This document shows, one piece after another, positions 1-9,536 of a stretch of DNA of 64,000 bases. This DNA comes from Verrucomicrobiota bacterium (GTDB taxonomy: Bacteria; Verrucomicrobiota; Verrucomicrobiia; Opitutales; Coraliomargaritaceae), in NCBI GenBank assembly GCA_039815375.1, contig JBCBZJ010000003.1, positions 160,001-224,000 on the forward strand, given 5' to 3'. The notes under the pieces are model-generated. The model was given only the letters and a program-made list of their open reading frames with translations, did no database searches and was not told where the DNA came from. The position numbers and the translations under genes are program-made. Position 1 is the first letter of the stretch, and each line of letters starts with the position of its first letter.

Positions 1-92
1 TGTGGAAACGTTGCCCCTTGATGCACGGGGCAAATATCTACGTCCCCAACAAAGAAGTTGAACTTTCCCGAGAAGAGGCATCAGCTCACACC

Positions 93-410
93 ATGCCTGA
101 GCAATTTGAAAATGTATCTGTTGTCGCGAAAGCGAATGTCTACTTCGGTGGTCAAGTAACCAGCCGAACCGTTCTCTTTCCTGATGGGAGCAAGAAAACG
201 CTCGGCTTCATGCAGCCGGGAGAATATGAGTTTGGAACTGAAGCGCCTGAACTGGTTGAGATGCTGGGCGGATCAATGGACGTCCGTCTTGATGGCGAAG
301 AAGATTGGGCAACTTATGGCGAAGGACAGTCCTTCAATGTGCCCGGTAACTCTAAGTTCTTTCTCAAGGTTGCTGCGGTTGGTGCGGACTACTGCTGCTC
401 CTATCTGTAG
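93..410 (+). CDS. ppnP: Pyrimidine/purine nucleoside phosphorylase (DUF1255/YaiE, cupin)
   Basis: [15 protein letters not shown]...[17 protein letters not shown] motif; start moved to ATG 93 ([10 protein letters not shown]). Confidence 0.9.
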   Translation: MPEQFENVSVVAKANVYFGGQVTSRTVLFPDGSKKTLGFMQPGEYEFGTEAPELVEMLGGSMDVRLDGEEDWATYGEGQSFNVPGNSKFFLKVAAVGADYCCSYL

Positions 411-472
411 TTTGAACCGAAAGTGTGGAAACGAACTTCAAAAACATGATATCGAGTGACGTAAGTGTTTTT

Positions 473-667
473 TATAAGCCACATTCCTGATGCAAAGCAT
501 TAGAAACGTGTTCACCCAAATGGTGTTTTCGAATTGTTCCGGTCTGCTTCTCTCGGAACTAAGGCGAGAAGCGCACATCGTTGCCCGTCAGAGCTGCAGT
601 CAGGTATGATGATACGCTTCTTGGCAATCTTCGGTTGTCGAGCACACTTCTCAGCCTATTGCATCAT
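473..667. repeat. Dispersed ~200-bp structured non-coding repeat, copy 1 (copy 2 at 50481-50695)
   Basis: Shared blocks TATAAGCCAC, CACCCAAATGGTGTTTTCGAATTGTTCCG, GAAGCGCACAT, GAGCACACTTCTCAGCC, GCATCAT in the same order. Confidence 0.9.
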
Positions 668-732
668 TTCGTTTCAACGAAACCCCGGCTGGAAGGAAGC
701 TTGCGGGAGCGAATCCAGTCACAGCGTGCTCG

Positions 733-761
733 CGAATTTGTCCACTACCGCCAAGTTCGAT
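733..761 (-). mobile_element. Partial attC-like site (R''/L'' half only)
   Basis: Minus strand, directly after the ThuA stop: ATCGAAC-TTGG-CGGTAGTG-GACAAA; no clear L'/R' half. Confidence 0.4.
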
Positions 762-1664
762 TTAATTGCCTTCGTGCAACGATATCCTATCAGCCGACGG
801 AAAATTGTCAGGAGATGTAGGTGTGATCTCAGCACGCGCCAGCCATCTCGCTGCTCGGCACAAGACAGTTCGGAATCCATTACACCTAATACCCGGCGGC
901 GCTTCTGATAGATCACGCCAATAATGTCCGAATGTAGAATTGTATACCCTGCCTTCTCCATACCCGACAACCCATTCAGTTGGAAAGTTTAGACCGGTCT
1001 TCGCATCATTGGCATAGGAGAGTATCGAAATGTTCTCTGCGGGACCTCGAGCATATCGGTAGATCTCAGTATCCGCAGCCATCCATTTCTTCGGAAGGCC
1101 TTTGTGGATGGGATGATCGCCCAGCCGAGTGATAACAGCGTTCACCCGTTTGCCATGGCCGGTATTGCCGCCTTCGCCGGTTGGTATGATCACAGGCTTA
1201 TCTTCCCGGATCACGATTGCCCGACCGTATCCTTTCTTGCGCCACCCCAGCCCAATCATCTGGTTGTATTCATCCCAATTGGGGAAGGCATTGTTCGCGG
1301 AATGAAAGATCAGTAGACCTCCGCCACCCGATACATATCTTTCCAGAGACTTCTTCGCCGCTTCCGGCCACGACCCCTTCCTCGAAATGTCATTTGTGTT
1401 CTGGATAACAAGATCGTAATCATTGAAATCAGGATTCCATGCTTTCCAGAGTTCACTGTTTTTGGTGGGAACCGTCGAAACATCGATTTCAAAATTCTCA
1501 TCACTGCGGAGTATCGACGAGATGGCCTGAGTAGTCGCTTTCCAGTCGTGATTGCTGAAGCCATCAACAATCAATACCGAGATCTTTTCATCCGGAGTTG
1601 CGCCTACAAGGGTGCAAACGGAAATGAGCAAGAATGCTACAATATGTTTTCCCAGCTTTTTCAT
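762..1664 (-). CDS. Secreted ThuA-like (trehalose-utilization / class I glutamine amidotransferase-like) protein
   Basis: Signal peptide; VLIVDG..NHDW, GGGLLIFHSAN, HPIHKGLP..W...E.Y, GEGRVYNSTFGH motifs. Confidence 0.8.
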   Translation of the reverse strand: MKKLGKHIVAFLLISVCTLVGATPDEKISVLIVDGFSNHDWKATTQAISSILRSDENFEIDVSTVPTKNSELWKAWNPDFNDYDLVIQNTNDISRKGSWPEAAKKSLERYVSGGGGLLIFHSANNAFPNWDEYNQMIGLGWRKKGYGRAIVIREDKPVIIPTGEGGNTGHGKRVNAVITRLGDHPIHKGLPKKWMAADTEIYRYARGPAENISILSYANDAKTGLNFPTEWVVGYGEGRVYNSTFGHYWRDLSEAPPGIRCNGFRTVLCRAARWLARAEITPTSPDNFPSADRISLHEGN

Positions 1665-1720
1665 GCATTCAATGAGGGTAGAGAGTAGTGGACTTCAGTG
1701 TTTGGTTGAAGATGCTACGC

Positions 1721-1825
1721 TTCTGGAGAACGTGCCCCGGGATGGGTGACGTAGCATTGACAGAAAGCAAACTTGTTTGCGCCGAGTCAATGCGGAGTTG
1801 ACCCGAGCGATTTGATGGACGGCGG
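1721..1825. repeat. Hairpin repeat family B, copy 1 (others at 3291-3369 and 3951-4100)
   Basis: TTCTGGAGAAnGTGCCCCG...GAAGCAA..TTGCGC...GTTGACCCRAGCG.TTTGAYGGACGGCG shared with 3951-4055. Confidence 0.8.
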
Positions 1826-1843
1826 CGCTAGCCGACGTTGCCG

Positions 1844-2052
1844 ACTGGTTCAGGATTCAAACGTGCTGGTGGTTTAGCTCTGAGCAAGTCTCTCATGCTG
1901 ACTTTTCCAGCAGAGCTGGGAACCGCTTATTTCCGCTAATATACGCTTATGTTCTCTTCGTTTAGTTTTCTGTTTTCGCCGTAGTGGATTAGCGTTCATT
2001 AGCGGTTAAAAAATACGTCGGTTTGCTCTTCTTCAATTGCTCTCCTGAACAA
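1844..2052. repeat. Dispersed non-coding repeat family C, copy 1 (copy 2 at 38692-38901)
   Basis: Shared CTGGTTCAGGATTCAA, TCTCATG, TTTCCAGCA, ACCGCTTAT, TCATTAGCGGTTAAAAAAT, CCTGAACAA. Confidence 0.85.
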
Positions 2053-2171
2053 GTGCATGGAGGACAACGGCTGCTCCTTCTTGGATTCCGAGTGATTGAC
2101 CGCAATTCTATCACTTATCCTACTTCGAGCGCACGTTCTTGGCCAGCCGTGCCTAATGTTTGACGTTCGAC
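2044..2171 (+). mobile_element. attC-like integron recombination site (plus orientation)
   Basis: CCTGAAC-AAGT-GCATGGAG-GACAACGGCTG...CAGCCGTG-CCTAATGT-TTGAC-GTTCGAC: AAC/GTT cores with paired inner arms. Confidence 0.7.
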
Positions 2172-2731
2172 TTATCGATTCTGCGGCGCATCAGGGAAAT
2201 AGTGCCTACACCTAGACCAATCAGGAGAGCTGACGATGGCTCGGGGATAGCTTCTATAGCCGTGAAACTCCCTGACCCAAAGTTTACACCGTTATCGAAG
2301 TAATCTGTAGAGCTTGAAAACTCTGTAAATTGTATCGCGCTTAAAAGTGTTTCACTATTATCTCGATGTAGAATGAATGTACCGGAATTATCAAAGAATT
2401 GCAGGGTTCGAGAGCCTTCTGTCCCCGTAAGAACTACCCCCTCTTGAGAAAGAGAATCAGTGGAAGGCGTGTCGCTATTTGCCGACGAAATATCTATCGC
2501 TAGTGAGGGAATCAAAAACTCCCAAGTAAAGGATGCAAGGCTGTTGAAAGAAGTCGGCGTATTCGGTGCGATTTCCTCGAAACTGTAAAATCCGGTCCCA
2601 ATTAAGTTTGATTCTGAGTCAAAGAATTCAAAGTCAATATTGACGATTGTTGCGTTCGCAATCTTTGAAAGCGATCCGACTACAATTAGAGTGACGACAA
2701 GAGTGCGCATCGATTTAAGTGTGTATTTCAT
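2153..2731 (-). CDS. PEP-CTERM sorting domain surface protein
   Basis: Signal peptide; C-terminal IPEPSS, hydrophobic helix, RRR. Confidence 0.9.
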   Translation of the reverse strand: MKYTLKSMRTLVVTLIVVGSLSKIANATIVNIDFEFFDSESNLIGTGFYSFEEIAPNTPTSFNSLASFTWEFLIPSLAIDISSANSDTPSTDSLSQEGVVLTGTEGSRTLQFFDNSGTFILHRDNSETLLSAIQFTEFSSSTDYFDNGVNFGSGSFTAIEAIPEPSSALLIGLGVGTISLMRRRIDKSNVKH

Positions 2732-2774
2732 GCTGATCTGTGTTGGTTTTATCCGTTGAATTGAAAGTTACATT

Positions 2775-2836
2775 TTCGAATGTTGAGCTCGCGCGACGGC
2801 GCGCTAGCGACATTGTCCCGTAGCGATTGGTTCTGC
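2775..2836 (-). mobile_element. attC-like site
   Basis: Minus strand GCAGAAC-CAAT-CGCT...AGCT-CAAC-ATTCGAA overlapping the end of the upstream ORF (AEPIATGQCR*); R' degenerate. Confidence 0.6.
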
Positions 2837-3283
2837 TAGTTTTTTTGGGTGGAAGTATATGTCGAGAGCGAGCCCAAGAACTGATGCAATGAACAAGCCC
2901 AATATTAGTGGGTTGTGGTATCGATCCGCCAGCAAGTATGATTCCGAATTATTCTCTGGATTGTAGAAGACTGAGATTCTTTCTTCTTTTCTTTTGTATG
3001 GGTAGCTCGACTTGAAGTTGGGAGAAATCCGACTGTTAATATATTCAGTGCCATCAATGGAGTACTTATATTCTATCCTATTCGATTCTTCTTTTATCGA
3101 ACCTTGCATTCGGTATTTGCTGTAAGAAGGGCTGGATTGGGTTCGAGGTTCGTAGTCTGTAACTATTCCTTTTGTGGTAGGCCAGTCGCTTATGTCCCAA
3201 AGGTGTGTGTAGCCTCGGACCAAGATTCCAATGGTAATCAAAATCGCCAGAAATAAGGTGAGTCTGATTTTTCCAAGTTTCAT
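2804..3283 (-). CDS. DUF3592-like membrane protein
   Basis: TM helix, WPTTKG.V, Y.Y.IDG.EY, V.YNP.N..ESYL, second TM; start moved to MKLGKI (3283). Confidence 0.75.
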   Translation of the reverse strand: MKLGKIRLTLFLAILITIGILVRGYTHLWDISDWPTTKGIVTDYEPRTQSSPSYSKYRMQGSIKEESNRIEYKYSIDGTEYINSRISPNFKSSYPYKRKEERISVFYNPENNSESYLLADRYHNPLILGLFIASVLGLALDIYFHPKKLAEPIATGQCR

Positions 3284-3290
3284 TTCTTTC

Positions 3291-3369
3291 GCAGAATGTG
3301 ACCCAAGCGGTTTGATGAACAGAGTTTCGCGCAAGACATAAACTCGCTTGGGCTTGCTCAGCTCGGGGC
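3291..3369. repeat. Hairpin repeat family B, copy 2
   Basis: GACCCAAGCGGTTTGATGAAC...AAACTCGCTTGGGCTTGCTCAGCTCG matches 4031-4096. Confidence 0.8.
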
Positions 3370-3409
3370 TCTGTTTAGGTGACCTGTCTGGTTCTTCTTT
3401 TGTATGGTT

Positions 3410-3943
3410 CTAGCCTAGCATTTCTCGAATCTTAGATAGAGTATTCCAGTTTCGCCCGGTGGTAGTCGAGCCGACAGCTTTATCAATTACTGATGGGGTC
3501 AACTTCGATTTACCGATCCCGCTTGGGAAATGAATCCATAACGCTCCTTTTCTAACGAACAAGCGTTCGCCAGCCGCGGATCTAGTCTCAAGATTGTGAA
3601 GCACATCCTCCAAGATGTCGCTTTTGGCCAGATAGAGCAAGACACGTGAAGGATCAGATGCAGCCAGATCAGATAGCGGTGATTCTGCAACGCATGCTTT
3701 AAAATCTGGAGCACTACGAACGATTACTGGGATCGAAAAACCAAAGTTGGACTCGATCACCTGCTCCAACTCCAATTCGAGTGCTGAGGCTGGCTTAGAA
3801 GCTGTAAATACAACATTCCCGGTTTGTAGATAACTCCCCACCGAATTCCAACCGAGATTGGAGCATAAGGACTCAAGCTCTTCCATCGGTATTCTATTTC
3901 TACCGCTGACATTGATGCCTCGTAGAAGTGCTAGGTAATTCAT
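3410..3943 (-). CDS. DUF1697 family protein
   Basis: YLALLRGINVSG.N...M, YLQTGNVVF, T.RNWNT motifs. Confidence 0.9.
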   Translation of the reverse strand: MNYLALLRGINVSGRNRIPMEELESLCSNLGWNSVGSYLQTGNVVFTASKPASALELELEQVIESNFGFSIPVIVRSAPDFKACVAESPLSDLAASDPSRVLLYLAKSDILEDVLHNLETRSAAGERLFVRKGALWIHFPSGIGKSKLTPSVIDKAVGSTTTGRNWNTLSKIREMLG

Positions 3944-3950
3944 CGTGAAT

Positions 3951-4100
3951 TTCTGGAGAAGGTGCCCCGAGCTAAGTTACAAGCGATGGAACTGAAGCAA
4001 GCTAGCTTGCGCAAGTGCAATCACGTTGTTGACCCAAGCGTTTTGACGGACGGCGCTTCGCGCCGGACGAAAACTCGCTTGGGTTTGTTCAGCTCGTAGC
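3951..4100. repeat. Hairpin repeat family B, copy 3 (most complete)
   Basis: Nested inverted repeats GCCCCGAGCT/AGCTCG and ACCCAAGCG/CGCTTGGGT. Confidence 0.8.
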
Positions 4101-4124
4101 ATGATGGACGGGAGCGAAGTGACC

Positions 4125-4209
4125 GTCCATCGTCAAGGATCAGTCACACTGGATGTGAAGCAAGCGAGGAGCGAGCGTTCCAGAGTTGATCTGCATCCGT
4201 TTGTTTGGC
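4125..4209 (-). mobile_element. attC-like site
   Basis: Minus strand, 5 nt after the stop: GCCAAAC-AAAC-GGATGCAG...CTGATCC-TTGAC-GATGGAC; L''/L' pair with one extra G as in attC; R' has GAT for GTT. Confidence 0.7.
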
Positions 4210-4214
4210 CGGAT

Positions 4215-5663
4215 CTACTCAGCAAAGCTGAACGAGTAGAGCTTTGCGTTATTGATCTCAAACAGGAGCTGAATCTTGTCGGCGTCAATCTTCCTGCTCA
4301 ATATCAAGCACTCGTCGGTTACGGTCTTCGACACGGTTCCAGCCGTCACTACGTCTTGCCCTTTATCATCCACAATCCTCACCTGGATCGAGCCACCATC
4401 GTCCACATCGGCCGTGATTCGGATCTTCTGGCCGGCATAGGGAATTGCTGTTGTCGTTATAATTGCAGGCTTGTCTTTCGATTCTTGCTCATACCCCGCA
4501 AAACCATCGGGACGAAGTGTGGCCAGGCATAGGTATCCATTCCGCCAACCAAAATGGCGATAGTCGCTCCCGCCGTAGTAGAGGCGGATTTCCTTGTCGA
4601 GGAATATAGGATAGGCGCATGCATAGACACAGCCATAGTCGTATTCCAAAACCTTTTCCGAGCAGGGGATCAGCGCTTTGCCAGGCGCAATGCGATGCCA
4701 TTGTCTTGCGTCTGCGCTCCAGGCCAGCTCCGTCCAAACGCGGTCGACCGGTCGCTGTGCGTGGATCGCAACCAGCCCCAAGTAAACACCTCCGTGCATA
4801 AAAACGGGCATGGAATATGGCTGTAGTCTCTTCGCCAATCCCTCCATCACAACACCGTTGCTTTTCCATTCCACAAAATCGTCACTCTCTAGATGAGTGA
4901 CTTCTCGGCCCAATTTGCCCCATGTTCTGGTAATGCCCACATACGTTGCTGTATGCGGGTTCCAAAAAACGTTGTTGTGGGTGTCTCCCTCAATCTTTCC
5001 GATTCCCTCTATCTTTCGGGGCTTGCTCCAGTTGATTCCGTCGGCGGAGTAACTTGTGGAGATGCCTTGAAAGATCATTTTGTACCGACGGGCCGGGTCG
5101 GAATCCGAATGGTCCTTGAAGATTCCGGCTCCATGCGGCCCACGCCAGACGATATTGTTTTCTTTGTTTCCCTCGTAGTCAACCAAACCCAACGCGGGTT
5201 TATCCCATTTGATGCCGTCTTCGGATGTGGCGTAACACACTCCCATTTCACGACCGCGGGGAGGCTTGTATCTTTTGGTGTCCCGCTCTGTCAGTGTCAT
5301 GCCTTTAGCGGAATGATCCACAATGAACGGACTATACCAGCATTTGTAGATCTTCTCTTCGTTATCATAGATCACATTGCCGTAGAGATTATCAAAGCGC
5401 TTTTCCCAAGGCTTGTCTTCGCTGAAGAGCGGGTTCTTTTCGTGTTTCCGGACCGTTCCCAATGCGAGCTGCGCGTTCTTGGCTTGCTCGACAATTCGGC
5501 TGTCGAGAAGGAGGAAGCGATCTCGAGCTGAACGACTTTCGTCGGCCGTTGCAGGCGACGTTGTCACAATGGTGCAAGCAATGGCTAGCATCCCAACGCG
5601 ACGAGCCGCAAATCCAATTCTGTGTCCGAGGATATGTTTCATAGCGCTTCGTACTCTTTTCAT
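4215..5663 (-). CDS. Secreted five-bladed beta-propeller glycoside hydrolase-like protein (GH32/GH43/GH130-type fold)
   Basis: Signal peptide; KH.KNPL, YATSEDGIKW, S.DGINW blade repeats; C-terminal LATLRPDGF and beta-sandwich. Confidence 0.65.
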   Translation of the reverse strand: MKRVRSAMKHILGHRIGFAARRVGMLAIACTIVTTSPATADESRSARDRFLLLDSRIVEQAKNAQLALGTVRKHEKNPLFSEDKPWEKRFDNLYGNVIYDNEEKIYKCWYSPFIVDHSAKGMTLTERDTKRYKPPRGREMGVCYATSEDGIKWDKPALGLVDYEGNKENNIVWRGPHGAGIFKDHSDSDPARRYKMIFQGISTSYSADGINWSKPRKIEGIGKIEGDTHNNVFWNPHTATYVGITRTWGKLGREVTHLESDDFVEWKSNGVVMEGLAKRLQPYSMPVFMHGGVYLGLVAIHAQRPVDRVWTELAWSADARQWHRIAPGKALIPCSEKVLEYDYGCVYACAYPIFLDKEIRLYYGGSDYRHFGWRNGYLCLATLRPDGFAGYEQESKDKPAIITTTAIPYAGQKIRITADVDDGGSIQVRIVDDKGQDVVTAGTVSKTVTDECLILSRKIDADKIQLLFEINNAKLYSFSFAE

Positions 5664-5872
5664 GTCGAATGTATTAATAGAGAGTTATTTTTATTTCGAG
5701 GTATTGTCAGGCACAAATTTGTTTCCGAAAGGTTTCGAGTTATGTCTAATAATTTATTAATTTTTCAGGCATATAGAGTAACCGACTTTTTTATATGGTC
5801 CGAATTAATCCCGTGCACCATGAGCGACGCTCAAACTTGTCTTTACTCTTATCTACGGCAGGGTAGGCGATC

Positions 5873-7624
5873 GTGAACAAAGCGGACATTGTAGACATTC
5901 TTGAGGACATCGCCGTCCTTCTGGAGCTGAAAGGGGAGAACCCCTTCAAGATTCGGGCCTATCAATCGGGCGCGCGCGCGTTGGAGACCCTGGAGGACGA
6001 CCTCGGCGAGCTGATTGCTTCCGGCGGGCTCGGTGAGGTGAAAGGCATCGGTTCGGCACTGGTGGATAAGATTGCGATGCTGCATGCGACGGGTGAGCTT
6101 GAATTCCATGCCAAGCTAAAGGCATCGATCGCACCGGGCCTGATCGAGATGCTGGACATCCCCGGACTCGGGGGGAAGAAAGTGAAACGTCTCCATGACG
6201 AGTTGGGCGTAGAATCGATCGAAGCCTTGAAGACGGCTTGCGAAGAAGGGCAGGTCGCCGCACTCAAGGGCTTTGGTAAGAAATCGGAGGAGAAGATTCT
6301 CTCAGGAATCGAGAACCGTGCGGCCTATGCGAAGCGTCACCTCTGGTGGGCTGCGCGTGAAGTTGCGGTGCCGATCCTGGAGGGGCTTCGAAACTTGGCT
6401 GAGGTTGAGCAGGCTGAAGCGGCGGGCAGCCTACGCCGCCTTAAGGAAACGGTTGGGGATCTGGACTTTATTGTGGCCTCCGCTGAGCCGGAACCGGTCA
6501 TGGACTGGTTTGTTTCCCAGGATGGTATTCAGGAGGTCACTGCGAAAGGCACGACGAAATCCAGTATTCGTTTTGAGTCGGGTCTGCAGGCCGACTTGCG
6601 GGTCGTGCCGGCGGAGCAATTTGCTTTTGCCCTGCACCACTTCACCGGCTCGAAGGAGCACAACGTCATGATGCGGCAGCGTGCCTTGGCCAAAGACTAC
6701 AGCTTGAGCGAGTGGGGTTTAAAGGAAGTTGGCTCCGAGGGGCGGAGCGACGGTAAGACCGTTCGCGAGGCGAGCCGGACCAGCGAGATACGTTCGGAAA
6801 AAGACCTCTTTGCTTTTCTGGATCTACCGGAAATTTTGCCAGAGCTACGCGAAGGTATGGGGGAGCTGGAAGCTACCTCGATGCCTCAACTGGTCGAGCT
6901 GAAGGATATTCGCGGAGTCTTTCACAACCACACCACCGCTTCGGACGGTCGTGGCTCAATCGAGGAAATGGCCACTGCAGCCGAGGCTCTTGGTTGGGAA
7001 TATCTTGGACTTGCGGACCACTCGAAAGCGAGTTTTCAAGCCAAGGGTCTGGATGACGAACGCGTCTTGAAGCAGGTGGAGCAAATCCATGCCTTTAACG
7101 AATCGGGCGAGTCGTCGGTTCATGTCTTTGCAGGAATTGAATGCGATATCCTGCCCGACGGTCTACTGGATCTCGAGGATTCGACGCTTGATGCACTGGA
7201 CTATGCGGTGATGTCGGTGCACTCCAGTTTCGGCCAGAGTGAAGAAGAGATGACGGCGCGTGTGATCAAGGCAGTCGAACATCCGGGCACAACGATGCTG
7301 GGGCATCCGACCGGTCGGCTTCTTCTACGCCGTGAGCCTTACAGGATTGATCTGCAAAAGATCATTGATGCTTGCATTGCGAATCGGGTGGTCATCGAAA
7401 TCAACGCAAACCCGCGTCGCCTTGATTTGGACTGGCGTCTGTGGCGTCGAGCTGCCGAGCGGGGGCTAATGTGTGCGATCAATCCGGACGCTCATACCAT
7501 GGACGGACTGAAGTATTATGAGGCCGGGGTGAATATTGCGCGCAAGGGGTGGTTGGGCCCGGACCAGGTTTTGAATTGCCGCGACAGTGCCGGTGTTGTG
7601 AGCTGGCTCAAGGATAGGCTTTGA
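5873..7624 (+). CDS. polX: DNA polymerase X / PHP-domain exonuclease
   Basis: [40 protein letters not shown] motifs HNHT, DHS, GHPTGR, NPDAH. Confidence 0.95.
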   Translation: MNKADIVDILEDIAVLLELKGENPFKIRAYQSGARALETLEDDLGELIASGGLGEVKGIGSALVDKIAMLHATGELEFHAKLKASIAPGLIEMLDIPGLGGKKVKRLHDELGVESIEALKTACEEGQVAALKGFGKKSEEKILSGIENRAAYAKRHLWWAAREVAVPILEGLRNLAEVEQAEAAGSLRRLKETVGDLDFIVASAEPEPVMDWFVSQDGIQEVTAKGTTKSSIRFESGLQADLRVVPAEQFAFALHHFTGSKEHNVMMRQRALAKDYSLSEWGLKEVGSEGRSDGKTVREASRTSEIRSEKDLFAFLDLPEILPELREGMGELEATSMPQLVELKDIRGVFHNHTTASDGRGSIEEMATAAEALGWEYLGLADHSKASFQAKGLDDERVLKQVEQIHAFNESGESSVHVFAGIECDILPDGLLDLEDSTLDALDYAVMSVHSSFGQSEEEMTARVIKAVEHPGTTMLGHPTGRLLLRREPYRIDLQKIIDACIANRVVIEINANPRRLDLDWRLWRRAAERGLMCAINPDAHTMDGLKYYEAGVNIARKGWLGPDQVLNCRDSAGVVSWLKDRL

Positions 7625-7673
7625 AACATGTGAATGTTCGATGGATTTCGATTTGGATTATTAGGGACGTGAG

Positions 7674-8084
7674 ATGAGTCAGGAGAAGCTAAAGAAAAGA
7701 AACGCCCTGGTGATGTGGATCATCTGGTTTGGCATTCTACAGAGTGCCTTTGTTGTGCAGGTTTTTGTCGGTGGTGGCTTGCCGAAAGGAGAAAATGCCT
7801 CCGAGCCGATGGCGGTCTGGCTCTGGATCGTCTGTTTTGCACCGATCGTGATCGCGACCGTCATTCGTTGGTTGGTGATTCCCAAGTTGAAGAAGCCGCA
7901 ACAGATGTTGGCTGCCATGATCATCGGGCTATCCTGTGCGGAGTCCTCTGTCTTCTATCAGTTGTTCCTGATTGGTGAAGACTATCCGCAGAACCAGATT
8001 GCGGTTTTGATGGTGGCGATCGTGGCACTGATTCAGTTTGCCCCCGGCTATGCCACCCCGGGCTATGTGCCCAAGAAGCATTAG
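7674..8084 (+). CDS. Hypothetical four-TM membrane protein
   Basis: Four hydrophobic segments; follows polX on the same strand. Confidence 0.7.
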   Translation: MSQEKLKKRNALVMWIIWFGILQSAFVVQVFVGGGLPKGENASEPMAVWLWIVCFAPIVIATVIRWLVIPKLKKPQQMLAAMIIGLSCAESSVFYQLFLIGEDYPQNQIAVLMVAIVALIQFAPGYATPGYVPKKH

Positions 8085-8187
8085 AGTGTGCATAGTTCTC
8101 ATAATAGGGCGATTTCTCTCCATCATGGAGCAGAAATGATAAGTTCGTTTTAGTATTCTGGTGATTGGTCCTGTGAGGATGGTCACT

Positions 8188-9051
8188 ATGAAATTTTCAG
8201 CTTCAGATCGTTTTGATATTACTGCCGATGGCTGTCGGTCGGGTATACCCTCCTCTCGTCTAAAGTATTCGTTTGAGACGAGTGCCGATGGCAGGATCCG
8301 GCTCTCCCCTGACTGGAGTCAAATATTGTCCTCAATCGGGCTCCTTCCCAGATTTTACTCACAGGTCGAGCATGCCTATGGCCGTATCGCGACCAAGATG
8401 ACACGCAAGGAGTTGTTTCACTCGATTATGGGGCAACCGGATCAGACTACGATTTCCACTCCAGAAAATTTCTGTGGCTGGTGGAGTGCTGACGCACGGA
8501 TCCAAACATGCCAGTGTTGTGGATCGCCCGGTCAGATCAATATCCGTAATTCCCAAGAAACGAGTTTTCTGCAGTTCAATCCTGCTGCAGACGTCAGCGC
8601 TACGGATTGGGCACGCGTCATTTATGCAACAGTGCGTCCTAAGTGGTCTAAAACTTCTAAACGCGAGGAGCCTGATGCTTCGGAAAATACAATTCCTCTT
8701 CCGGATAGTGCGGTCGATCTCGGCGTAAGAGGAAGTGACTGCGTCGAGTTAATTGAGCGAATCTCGCAAAGGGAAAAGGCTGTCCGAGTCACAATTCATA
8801 CACCGGAGGTGGCTCTCAGTAAGACGGTAGCTTTGAATATGGTATCAAACGAAGCAGGCTTGTTACGCTGCCGGGGCAAAGACACGATTATCTACATCAG
8901 CTGTGGCGCGATACATGAGACCGCCGCACATTTCTGCGAAGGCCATATTGAATTGCTCATGGTCGGCCCGCAGGGCGAAGTCCTTTTCAGTATTCGGTCG
9001 GGCCCGAGCGCCGAGGATGAAGCGAATTTTATCGCTGCAATCGGCCTTTGA
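8188..9051 (+). CDS. Hypothetical protein, divergent HemS/ChuS-like, with CxxCGSPG motif (paralogue of 10991-11881)
   Basis: Shares YSF.T.A.G, EHAYG, AR...C..CGSPG, A.V...DWARV with the 10991 ORF; the HemS resemblance was judged by eye. Confidence 0.6.
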   Translation: MKFSASDRFDITADGCRSGIPSSRLKYSFETSADGRIRLSPDWSQILSSIGLLPRFYSQVEHAYGRIATKMTRKELFHSIMGQPDQTTISTPENFCGWWSADARIQTCQCCGSPGQINIRNSQETSFLQFNPAADVSATDWARVIYATVRPKWSKTSKREEPDASENTIPLPDSAVDLGVRGSDCVELIERISQREKAVRVTIHTPEVALSKTVALNMVSNEAGLLRCRGKDTIIYISCGAIHETAAHFCEGHIELLMVGPQGEVLFSIRSGPSAEDEANFIAAIGL

Positions 9052-9074
9052 TCGGGGCGAGGTCACAATTTTTT

Positions 9075-9536
9075 ATGAAAGTCTATTATGCAACAATGAC
9101 GGGGAACGCTGAATCTTTGGCTTCCACTCTAGTAAAGAAGACCGAGGACATGAGCCTCGATGCTGAACTCGTCAACCTCGACGATGTTCTGACGGAGGAT
9201 CTCAAAGAGGTTCAGACAGCAGTCTTTATTGTCTCGACCTGGGGCGAGGGTGAGCCTCCTGATGATGCCGAGCCGTTCTGGGAGGACCTTGAATTCTCGA
9301 AGTCGCGTTTGGAGAACCTGCGCTATTCCGTCTTCGGTTTGGGAGACAGTGGCTACGCCGAGTTCAATGGTTTTGCCAAAGTGCTCGACGCCCGTTTGCA
9401 GGCAATGGGAGCGGTTCCGGTAATCCCTCGGGTTGATGCAGACATCGACTACGACGACGATTTTGATTCCTGGGAGGCATCAGTTTTTTCTGTGTTCTCT
9501 CAACAGGATAGCAAATCGTTCGAGGGAGCAGTTTAA
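9075..9536 (+). CDS. Flavodoxin (MioC/CysJ-type)
   Basis: YATMTGNAE, STWGEGEPPDDA, FGLGDSGY FMN-binding motifs. Confidence 0.9.
   Translation: MKVYYATMTGNAESLASTLVKKTEDMSLDAELVNLDDVLTEDLKEVQTAVFIVSTWGEGEPPDDAEPFWEDLEFSKSRLENLRYSVFGLGDSGYAEFNGFAKVLDARLQAMGAVPVIPRVDADIDYDDDFDSWEASVFSVFSQQDSKSFEGAV

Noticed and set aside
534..908. Short ORFs overlapping the 473-667 repeat
   Set aside because: No conserved reading frame is evident in the second copy, and they overlap ThuA antisense
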